A stretch of DNA of 63,925 nucleotides, the filler included, from Craspedostauros australis (Eukaryota), in NCBI GenBank assembly GCA_030167865.1. It is 6 parts of 6 records of this genome, joined end to end, with 100 filler letters (N's around TTAATTAATTAA, not from the genome) between each part and the next. Parts side by side here need not be neighbours in the genome. Positions count along the whole stretch, not along the records: positions 1 to 29,131 come from JALAGF010004499.1; positions 29,232 to 38,143 come from JALAGF010004502.1; 4 more parts are not named here. One strand, given 5' to 3'. The position numbers were made by a program, and so were the translations under genes. Under the pieces are notes generated by a model. That model had not been told where the DNA came from. It searched no databases and worked only from the letters and a program-made list of their open reading frames with translations. How positions within the stretch are numbered: position 1 is the first letter of the stretch; each line of letters begins with the position of its first letter. Positions 24,692 through 34,728 of this stretch are shown one piece after another.

Positions 24692-25304
24692 TTCATGAGG
24701 CAGGGCCAGCGATCATCCTCCCGTAACGGGGGTCGCACTTGCGGTTTGGAAGTCTGGAATGAACATATTACGTGAAAATAGAAATGGAACTGGAACTGGA
24801 ATTGACCTTGTTATAGTGCTGCATCAAATCCCCAGCAGTAACTGACGTGTGCCAAGCATGATGCACTACGCACTCTAGCCAGCATCAGACCGTCTCCGCA
24901 AACATTCTGTGTCTTTGGTTGCGGGAATGACGATTCGGTTTTGCAGTCAACGCAAAAGGTGATGAACTGTGGGGCGGTGCTTGACATTCGTAGTCGTAGT
25001 CGACACAAAGGACAAGCTCCGGCAAGGTGCAAACGCATGGCAGTTCAAACTCGGAATGGAATGTGCGGAGGAGGCTGACACACGGCAAGCTCCCCACAGG
25101 ACAACATGGCAGATCCGACAAGGCAGCCGTTTCATCCCCACTGCGTTACAGTGTCAATTGATGAGCCTGTCTCGGAGTTCATTCAAAAATAAATGTATCC
25201 CATTACTACTATCACCAATCCATCGTGAATATTCTGCTGGTGTCCATCCTCCCCGCGCCTCTCGTTCGGTTTCCTCCGTGCGCCCCCCGCTGGCCTTGAC
25301 ACGA

Positions 25305-28300
25305 TCAATTTCGGTTCGGCGCCTCCCGGCCGGCCTTGCGTCGCCTCCTTTCCTCGGCCTCCGCCTTCTCTTCTTTGATCGCTGCCATCATTTCGTTGAC
25401 GACGTCCTCGCCGCGGCGCTCCCACTCCTTCCTGTTCGCCACTGCGTAGGTCAGATACTCGTCGCTCGACTTGCCGAAAACTCCACAATCCTTCAGCTTC
25501 TTCGCCAATGGGATGATGTAGAAATCGAAGAAGCCCATTTCACCCTTGTACCAGCCGTCAGCTGGATTGGCTTCGGACCTGCCAGCCTCGTACGCCGTGT
25601 AGCACTCTCTGAAGAAGCGTTCGTTCCACTTGCGGTACACGTGCCAGTGCTGCATGGTGTGGGCCACGTCGCTGGCCTGGATCAGATGCTCGATGACGAT
25701 CGTCGCCTTACGGTTGGTGGCATCTCGCGAGTTCTCTTCGAACATGGCGAAGGCTTTGTCCCATCTGTCGTTACGCAGCTGCTTGAGGTCCCTGTCGGTG
25801 ATGTCGGTTGCCATGACGGAGTTGACAACCAGCTCCCTGAAATGATTGAGTTCCCGCCCTGAGCTGCAGATGGCGGAACGCAGAGCCCCGTAGTCCGGCG
25901 ACATGAAGAGTTGCCACGAGAGGACCAACGAGTTCTGCTCGAGGACGGATCTGTTGTCGTAGATCCCGGCGATGCGCATGCCCTCTTTCACGAGTTGCGT
26001 GTTCGGGACACCGGCATGATCAACATCGTGGATGAGCGCCGAGAATGCGCAAGCAAACTGGGTCAATGGATCTGAAGTGATGCCGTATGTGTGGTCATGC
26101 AATGCTGCTGCTGCGCTCGGTGGCTTTGAGCTTCCATCCTCCTTGTCGGTGGTGCCTCCCATGGCCTCCAGATCCAACGGTGCGACAATGCGGCCCATGA
26201 GCTTGATCACGGACATGGTGACGTGGGATGCGTGCTCGAAGTTGTGGAATGCGTTGTTCTGGTACATCCTGGCGATGTACGTGATGAACGCACGCAGCTG
26301 ATGCACGACCACGGGGTTAATCTTGACGTCTTGTGCAGCCTCGACCTGCATCCTGGCGATTTTCGGGTCAAAGTCGGGGAGTTGGATAATCTCCTTGACT
26401 TCGTCCATGGGCATGAATAGAGGCGCGGAGTCTTCTGTTGAACCAGTAGAAGCTTCGCTCTTGCTCACCTTCGAGAATCTCCTTGAAATCCGTATTGCTT
26501 CTCTGCGGACAATGATCTGGCGCAGCAGGTGGAGGAAAATCTCGACGTTCCAATCAACAAGACGCAAGCTCCGTTCGTCCAGACCATTCGTTGGCACAGT
26601 CTGCACGGCCTGAGTGGTGCTGTTGATCGTCAACGGGGTGGTGGCAATATCGCACTCGCTGTCACTCATCGAGCCGGTCTCGCTTTGCTCGAATGCCATT
26701 CCGATCCAGTAGCTGCATGGATCCGAAGAATGGAGCGCGGTAATTCGCAAGTGTGACAACAAGAATATCCAAAAATGTATGTGCGTGGGTTGCAAGTGGA
26801 AAGGTGAGTCGATTTGTTGCGAATTGTTGCGATTTGAAGTAGCTGGACGCAATTGTTAGCACAAACCCGAGCACGATACGCGTAGAACGATGCAGAGCGC
26901 ACCGCAGTACCATCCAGGCGAGCAGATGGGGTGTTGCCATTCACATGCAACGAACCAGATGCATCGTATATTCAACATATCATTCCCCGAGTGCGCGATC
27001 CAACTACTTACGTTTGCATGAGGCCTTTCCCCTTGGCCTCGACAGGGTGGTTGCGCTTGACGACCCAATGCTCCTTGCCCTGCTGTATCAATAGATCGGC
27101 TGTGTCCGACGAGATGTGGATCCGACTGACCTGACCTGTGGTTTCCATTCGTGCGGTGGTGTTCATTGTATCGCCAAAGAGCTGGAATCTCGCTCTCTCT
27201 CCCCGCAGGACGCCAGCCGTGACGGGTCCTGAATGGAGCCCGATGCGCAGAGACAGATCGCCTGTGTCTGGGCCATGCGATATCTCCAGCTCCTTCGTCA
27301 GCACGTGCATCCTCACGAGGATATCGCGTGCGAATCTCACCATGGTCACAGCATGGTCTACCTTTTGCTCGGGGATGCCCGTGGCGGCGACGTAACAGTC
27401 ACCCACGGTCTCCACCTTGAACACTCGCCGCGCCTTGGCGAGCTTGTCGAAGGAAGAGAAGATGGTCTCAAGGAATGTGAAGACTTGACATGGTTCTGGA
27501 ATCAAGCCAGGCGTTGGGTGTTGGTGATGGCGTTGATGAGGGTACATGGTGGAAGAATGGTTTCGTAAGATGTCGCGAAACGTCGCAAGATCGCAAAACG
27601 TATCCCAAATCAAGGGAAATGATAGCAAAGACGATCATATGAAGGAGTGAAGGTGAGACATGTAAGTGTAAGTTCTGTCAATTTGCAGATGTTGTGCATA
27701 ATCTCCACGAGGCAACCATGAGGCAAATGTGCGATGCATCCACAAAGAGAGCAGCGTTGACTTACCTCTGGTTGAGCTCCAGGCCGTGAACCCTGCGATG
27801 TCGGCAAACAAGATGGTGGTTTCCAGGAACAGATCCGCGAGCGGTTCGTTGTTGTCGATACTGACATTTCTATCGCCCTTGAGGAATCCCTTGAGATTGG
27901 AGATCCTCTTGTTGGCTGTCTTGGCATGCCCCTGATTCTCCGTGATCAAGCGTTGGCGGATGTTCGTGGGGAACAGCGACGAGACGATTGCATTGGACCT
28001 TGCGGCTGCCTCCACGAGCTTCTCGTTGCGCCTGTAGACTGACATATCGAAGACACAGAACACCAAAGCAACGACGAGGAACGTGCAGCCGACGATGATC
28101 GCGAATGTTTCGGGTGTGGAGTTATCGAAGGGGTCTGCAAAGTCGTCGGACGGGTAAATCTTCATGGAGTATCGGCAGTGGCCCGCAGTTGTGTTGAACT
28201 TCGGGTGATCACTTGGGCTGAGATCATACGATCGCATGTGCTTGTCGTACTTTGTGTCATGCAAGTCGCCTGTGCGGAAATGAATGGAGTGGAGTAGAGT

Positions 28301-29131
28301 AGGGCAGAACAGTATCGTAGAAGGATATCGCAGATAGTGGAATGGCATCAAAGAATGGAACGTATTGAACGAGGTGGAATGAAGTGAGTTGCACATGACA
28401 TTGCTGACATTGCTGACACTGCCGATACTGCTGGTGCAAGCGCAGGTGTCCAACGGCAGAAACAGGAGCTTACCTTCTCCTTGGTACAGCGCGTTGGCTC
28501 CATTGATCTTGTAGGTGTAGAACTGGCCGCAGGTGTTGTGAATCACAGCGAAGATACCCTCGACATTGTCCGGGAGCAGTCCACGCAGTGCAGCATCCCA
28601 GGCCGAGATCCCTCCAAGCACCGCAACGATCTCTGACGATGTATCTTCGGCGTACTTGTGCACGGGGGTGTAGAAGATGATGTGAGGATGTTCGACTGAC
28701 GAATCCTTGAGCTGGTCGTGCATTGCCTGGTGCTCCTTCTCAGAATACGCGATGGTCCTCAGCAGGAGGACCATCGAAAACACAGTTTGATTGTGCAAGC
28801 TCAATAACGCGTCTTTCATTCCACCGAAAGCAAAGATGTTCCAGTTGAAAAGATCGTAAGTGAACGGTGCGGGGGCATATTCCCAGCTGGGAAAGTACAC
28901 ATCGCGAACGTCGTCCTCAATGAAGCGATCTTCGCCAGCTTCCGCTCTGTAGTTTGACTTGGTGATGAAGGGATGGAAGTGGTCATCGGTTGGCACCTCC
29001 TTGTCAATGTTGCCTTCGAGTCTGTGGAGCTCTTCCATCAAATTGACGTGCTCGTTGACGCTGTACTCTTCCCATGCTGCACGATCCTCATGCTTCACTA
29101 CATGCATCAACGTGATTGCTTCTGTTTGGGA
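25305..29131 (-). CDS. Receptor-type guanylate/adenylate cyclase-phosphodiesterase fusion (GC/PDE), 5' end cut by the contig break; exons <29131-28474, 28269-27766, 27495-27012, 26712-25305
   Basis: CHASE-like ectodomain, TM helix, class III cyclase (FADIAGFT, KVETVGDCY, RFQLFGDTMNTTAR) and class I PDE (FHNFEHA, IHDVDH, QASDVAH). Three GTAAG..AG introns restore the frame. Confidence 0.92.
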
Positions 29132-29231
29132 NNNNNNNNNNNNNNNNNNNNNNNNNNNNNNNNNNNNNNNNNNNNTTAATTAATTAANNNNNNNNNNNNN
29201 NNNNNNNNNNNNNNNNNNNNNNNNNNNNNNN
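29132..29231. other. Artificial contig linker (44N-TTAATTAATTAA-44N); identical linkers at 38144-38243, 52974-53073, 60460-60559 and 62617-62716
   Basis: Identical 100-bp six-frame-stop spacer occurring five times. Confidence 0.97.
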
Positions 29232-29591
29232 TCGGCATGTTCTTCCGGTCCGACCTTCTGCAGTCCGTTATCTTCGGATGGTCGTACGATGATTTGACCC
29301 GGGGTTCCCGGTGTCGCATCGCGCTGCATCTTCTCAACCTTGGTTCCGAACTCTTCGATGAGATGTCGGATGAGATGTGGTTGATGCAATGTTGCTCTGG
29401 TCTTGTCATGGTTCAGTTCGATGTTGCAGCTGAGGTAATCTCCGAGTCCGCGCTCGATTGTTACCTTGAATTTGCTGCCTTGGATGTCCTTCAGGAATGT
29501 CTCCAGTGCCTTGGAGTCTTTGCGGCAGAAGCAGTTGTCCACATAGATGGCCACGATCATGCCTCCTTCATTCGTCTTCCTGTAGAACAGG
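29232..29591 (-). mobile_element. Ty1/Copia reverse transcriptase fragment, interrupted at 29592 by another LTR element
   Basis: LFYRK..GMIVAIYVDNC (YVDD changed to YVDN), GLGDYLSC.I, LHQPHLI..L and TPG are RVT_2-type motifs. Confidence 0.85.
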
Positions 29592-30342
29592 AGTTGAAGT
29601 TCATCTAAAGAACGGACTACTTTTTCACTCAGTGTGTTCCTTGTCGCACCATGGAATTATTTTGGCGCGAAATTTTGGCGCAAAACCTCCCTCCAACAAA
29701 TACGGAACAATCCCTCCTTTCCCTCCTTCTCCCACTCTCACTCATGAATCACCACTGACTCAAATACTATCCGAGTCAATGGGATCAAGGCACCCTGGGA
29801 ACTATATGCTCTCCTGAACTATTGCGATGCAGGCAACCTGAATTTCGGTGTCAGCTCTACAACCTGACAACCCTGCACGACAACAGCCAAGAGATCTTCC
29901 CTGCTTCAACACACGCAGGGAACCTTACATCAATTCCCTTGGCCTGACAACCTGTGTTCTCGATCTCAACCTCAATCAAGGTGTCAAGGCTTTGTACTCG
30001 AACGTAGAACGACTATGATGAGATACTGGAGAAAGAGAGAAAGAGAGGACCCGTCCGCCCTCAGCACTGAACCTCTGAAGGTCAGTGCAGAGCCGCACTA
30101 CTCAACTGACTATCGTTTCTTCATCCTACATCTGAAACTGATCAACTCACAATGCAGACTATTCAAATAACAAATAGCACAACTCAAGATCAGTACAACA
30201 ACACTAATCTACTTCATTGTCATTCACTACTAAACCCCAGACGGTCGCCCCAAGTTGACTTCACCATCAGATTCCTCGAATCTGGCAGTCAACTAGGCCA
30301 TCCCTTCCGGATCGTGTCACAACAGCACACAAAAATCCAACT
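29592..30342 (+). repeat. 5' LTR (751 bp) with AGTTG...CAACT termini
   Basis: Begins where the RT fragment breaks and ends at the PBS; homologous to 20970-21682 (+) and 33430-34728 (-). Confidence 0.8.
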
Positions 30343-30359
30343 GGTAGCTGCGAGTGGTT
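30342..30359 (+). promoter_or_regulatory. Primer binding site, probably for initiator tRNA-Met
   Basis: TGGTAGCTGCGAGTGGTT is complementary to ...AACCACUCGCAGCUACCA (CCA end, A73, U72 as in the eukaryotic initiator tRNA). tRNA identity is inferred. Confidence 0.75.
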
Positions 30360-30442
30360 ACAACAACATTCGCCAACTCTTCTGAGCATCTTCCTCTGCC
30401 AACCGCTCGCACGGTCTCATTGAGACCAAGCCCCAAGGCTAC

Positions 30443-30578
30443 GCTCGCAAACCGAGCAAACTGCAAGGACCCTCAGGTCCAGGGTGGACACCAAGCTCCA
30501 CAGCTCGCAAACCGAGCGATACCAACCGGACCCTCAGGTCCAAGGTGGACACTAAGCTCCACAGCTCGAAAACCGAGC
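30443..30578 (+). repeat. 60/61-bp tandem repeat (about 2.3 copies) in the retrotransposon 5' UTR
   Basis: GCTCGCAAACCGAGC...GGACCCTCAGGTCCA.GGTGGACAC.AAGCTCCACA repeated. Confidence 0.85.
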
Positions 30579-30820
30579 ATCTCGAGAGGACTACATAGTC
30601 CAAACTGACGATACCCGATCAAAACATCGGACCGCAGTAGCCTCTGCTCAAGCAAGCTCAACCGCGCCTGTACACCAAGCGCCTGCCTTCTCCAAAGCCA
30701 GCATCGTACTTCAGTGCACAACTTCAAAACGAAGTGAAGTCGAAGTAAGAGCAGTAGAACGCAGAACAGATCGATCCCTTCGAAGTCAGAAGACCCCTCA
30801 AAGACCCGAAACCGCCCATC

Positions 30821-32467
30821 ATGGCGGAAGAGGAACCCATCCCCACGATGGAAGAGCTGCAAGCACAGCTCGAGACCATTCGGACTGAAAACCTCTGCCT
30901 CCAAGAGGCAACGTTGACAACCGAAGCCAACGCTGAAGCAGCGAACATGGCGGCAGCCGTCTCCCAAGCCGCAGCTGACGCCATCACGGACCCCAAGTCA
31001 AAAGGAAGCAAGCACCCGGACGACGACAGCGATGAGGACGACGACGAAGATCTCACCACCAAGCCAAGGGTCCCCATCATGGGAGGAATCAACCAGCAAG
31101 GCCGCAACTGGGTACCCTGGACAGCAGGCGAACCAAATGTGGAATGGACTGGCCTCAAGGAAGGGTCCCAAACAATGTGGACCCACGCCCAGCAGCAGAG
31201 AATCCTCCACAACGAAGCCGACTCTGCGAACCAATCCAAGCGCGAAACTGGATTAACCGACAAGTTCAAGAAAGGTGGCAACATTCAGCAATTCATTCGG
31301 CTGGTACACAACCACATGAGCAATACGGGACTCCTAACCATGACGTACATTGCAGATGACGCCACAACCCCAGCAATGATATGTGTCCTCGACTCACCTG
31401 CCTCCTTCACCCTTGAAGACTCAACGAGGCACTTCGAAGAGTACCACAAGAAGTGGGATCACTACAACGTCCAAAACGACTGGTCAGCCGCCATGTTCTT
31501 CCTCGACAGCCTTGACCCAGTCCTCGAAGATCAGCTCATGAACTGAATCGAAGAAAAATACCACAACCACTTCCTAACCCTCTTCATCGAGTTCATGAAT
31601 AGCATCACCGCTAACTCGTTGGACGAGCAAGACAAGATCGCTAAGGAAATCCGTCAAGTCGACTGCTCTCAGTTCGCTGGTGAGAACGTCGGCGACATGG
31701 CTGTCAAGCTTCGTGCCCTCTGCAAGAGCCTCGATGACGCTGGTCGCTTCAACCTCCATCTGCTCCGCAACATCCTCGACGCCTTCCTTCAGGCAGGTGG
31801 CAAGTTCCTCTCTGGTGAACAATACCGACGTCCCCTTTATGTGATGAAGGATGACCTTGAAGAAATCCTCAAGCGTCTCTCCGTATTCACGTACCAAAAC
31901 GCCCTTCCAAAGCTCGCAGCCAAGGACCTCACCTGGATGGCAATCTGCAACAAAGCGCAGTCTTCGTACAACAACGAAGTGCGTGGAGATCGCTGGCACG
32001 CCATTAGACGCGTCAAGGACCGCAACGTCCCCAGACAATCGTACTTTAACAACGTAGCCAAGCATCCAAAAGCCAACGTCCTTGAGCAACACAAGGGTTT
32101 CGGAAGGAACAACGCGAAGAAGAAGAATCAACCAAGGAAGCCCGCCAACAACAACAATCGAAAACCGAACCAAGGATGGGCATCCACGCCACCCAAAGCG
32201 GGTGAACCACAGCGCAAGCTCGTCTACGACAAGACGTTCATGTGGTGCGCGAAGTGTCGTCGTTGGCGTCTTTCGCATAACACCGAGAGCCATCAAGACA
32301 ACTTCAAGCCGAAAGGTAAAGGCAACAACAACGTTAAGCCCGATCACCTCGTCGTCGACATGGCCGCTTGGACCTGCTTCACAGCCGCCACAAGCCAAAA
32401 CGAGAAGGAATGGTGGTTGTTTGTTTGGAACCTCTTCACCTCCTTCAACTACCTCAGCTGTGTGTAA
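30821..32467 (+). pseudogene. Copia gag with one in-frame TGA (31544-31546)
   Basis: ORFs 30821-31546 and 31595-32467 share a frame; C-terminal WCAKCRRWRLSHNTESH (CCHH knuckle); position downstream of the PBS. Confidence 0.75.
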
Positions 32468-33429
32468 TAGAGCTAAACTAGTAACCACCTTAGCGAGAGA
32501 GACTACGAATCGCCCGACTCGTCAGCATTCCAGTAGATCGAACGGACACTTCGCNNNACCCCACGTTTGGAGACAGATCCAGAACCTTGAAGCGGATCTT
32601 CGGAATTCGTGTCAGGGAACCAATGGGGTTCCGATAACCAAGTTTCTGACACCCACCATCGCCAAAACGCCGACGCACGGAACCAAAGCCACAACAACGA
32701 GCATCACCGCCCATTGTCTCTCACAGACCCCAGACGACGGATCTCGACCCACGGTACTTGGGCTACACAACCCACACGCATTGTCATACAGGACATCACA
32801 GGAGATTCCCCTCNNNNNNNNNNNNNNNNNNNNNNNNNNNNNNNNNNNNNNNNNNNNNNNNNNNNNNNNNNNNNNNNNNNNNNNNNNNNNNNNNNNNNNN
32901 NNNNNNNNGTCCGGATCGCTTGCCAGTCAAGCCTCTGCCTACAGCTAAAGAACAGCCAACAAGACAACAGCCATTACGTTTGGGCTCTATTAGTGTGATC
33001 GGATCATTCCTTTCTTTCGTGACCTTTCAAGTCTACATTCTCGGAGTCGAACACGGGTGGTACGTCACAGCTACAAATGCCTGGATGATAATTGCCATCA
33101 CGCTGCTCCTCCTTCACTCAAACGTCCCACGAAGACACAGCCCCATCAGTGCTGTCGACACCATCCAAACAATGGCACGAATCAAGTCCAAGAGCAGCAT
33201 CCACCGTCCCATCTACTTCAACGAACCAGTGAGGCGCACCCTCTACGATGTGATGACAGAGAACAGTAAGGCAACTGATCCTGTGCCAATGCGAGCTCTC
33301 CATACTAGTCCGCCGCGGAACGCGCAATCAAAACGTCGCCCTGCTCAGACCAAAACTCGCAAGCGCAACGAAAAACGTCACATTTGGAGTAAGCCCAAAA
33401 CACCGTTGGAGTATTCCAAATATGGCGCG

Positions 33430-34728
33430 AGTTAGGATTCGGGCGTAGACGGCGCGAATCGGTGGAGGATGTCTCGTGAATCTGCCGGCTTCGGGATAGC
33501 CGTGTGATGCAGTTCAAGAGAGGTGTACTGGTTGAAGAGTTGTAACTGTATTAGCTCAAACTAGTATTCCTATTAGTTGTGTTAAGATTTAGTCTAGTTA
33601 GTCAAATGACCGACTGCTCAGAGTTTGAGCGGGATTGAAGCGTGACTCGATGTCGGTGGGATGGGGTCCCACCCTCGAATCGTGCTNNNNNNNNNNNNNN
33701 NNNNNNNNNNNNNNNNNNNNNNNNNNNNNNNNNNNNNNNNNNNNNNNNNNNNNNNNNNNNNNNNNNNNNNNNNNNNGAACGGACAATCGGGTCAAACCGT
33801 TGGATGAACCTTGTTCCCCCAAATTGATCGGAAGAGAGTGAACAACAAACTCTCTCTCCGACAGTCACGAAATTGATGTCTCCTCTTGGAAATGGCAACA
33901 TCGACATCGCGATGATTGCACGTACGGAGACTCAACGCTCCACTATGTTACTACTAATAGAGATGCTGCAGATCCAACTATAATGGATGCTGCACACCAC
34001 ATGCTCACAATCCTTTTGAAAGTCTCATTTGGATTCGTTACAGCTCTAAAGACTAAGACACACAATCATCAACAACCTTGCTCACCTACTGCACTACCAC
34101 GGATTGATCACCCTTCGGCGTTCAGTAAGTTCACCTCGTTTTCATTATCGTTTTATCAAACTGTAACGATGAGTAGTAGAGTGCTTTGTAGCTAATCCTT
34201 GTCTGTTATTATGAGTTAGCTTATTGGTGCTAGTAGGGTGAAGAAACGATGCCACACAACTTGGCGAGACCCTGCACTGATGTACTTGATTCAGCACAAC
34301 AGAGTAGACAATCATTACAGTGCTTTGCTCTCCGTACATGTAGTTACACTGCAGTGTAGGTCATGACACTTAGTGGTGACGGTCATGAAGCAGTGGCTGT
34401 GGCTGAAGCTGACCCTTGGATTCCATTGCTTGGGTTGAAGCAAGTTGGATATGCATGTTGAGATCACGGTGGTAGTGTGGTGGTCATCAGCATGGAGGAA
34501 TCGAGGTATGTTGTAGTAAGGAGGATCTGAAGAGCATATAGTTCCCAGGTGGGTTGTGAGTCAGGTCGGTCATGTTTGAGTCATGATGGATTCGTGAATG
34601 GAGGAAAGAAAGGAGGAGAAAAGATTTGGTGGTCAATCAAGTCGGAAGATTTCGCGCCAAAACAAGAATTTCTCCCATCGGGTTGATACCGTGTTCGGTA
34701 ATAGTCTGTCCCTCATTGAATCTCAACT
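33430..34728 (-). mobile_element. Nested solo LTR (AGTT...AACT) with 5-bp TSD GCGCG
   Basis: GCGCG at 33425-33429 and 34729-34733; reverse-complement homology to the other two LTRs; excision restores the pol frame. Confidence 0.88.
33549..34158. mobile_element. About 610-bp insertion nested in the solo LTR (possibly a solo LTR of another family)
   Basis: Interrupts LTR collinearity; flanked by duplicated AACTG(TA) at 33544 and 34159; minus-strand ends TGATAA...TAATA. Confidence 0.6.

Noticed and set aside
28270..28473. In-frame 68-codon insertion in the GC/PDE ectodomain
   Set aside because: Bounded by GTAAGC..CAG and absent from the paralog; it is an intron that happens to lack stops.
29176..29187. 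TTAATTAATTAA palindromes as piggyBac TTAA targets or regulatory sites
   Set aside because: Always centred in 44N flanks, so an artificial scaffold linker.
30443..30578. CRISPR-like array
   Set aside because: Simple tandem duplication without unique spacers, in a eukaryotic TE, with no cas genes.
31544..31546. Programmed readthrough or selenocysteine at the in-frame TGA in gag (also TAG at 61650)
   Set aside because: The elements carry other inactivating lesions, so point mutation is simpler.
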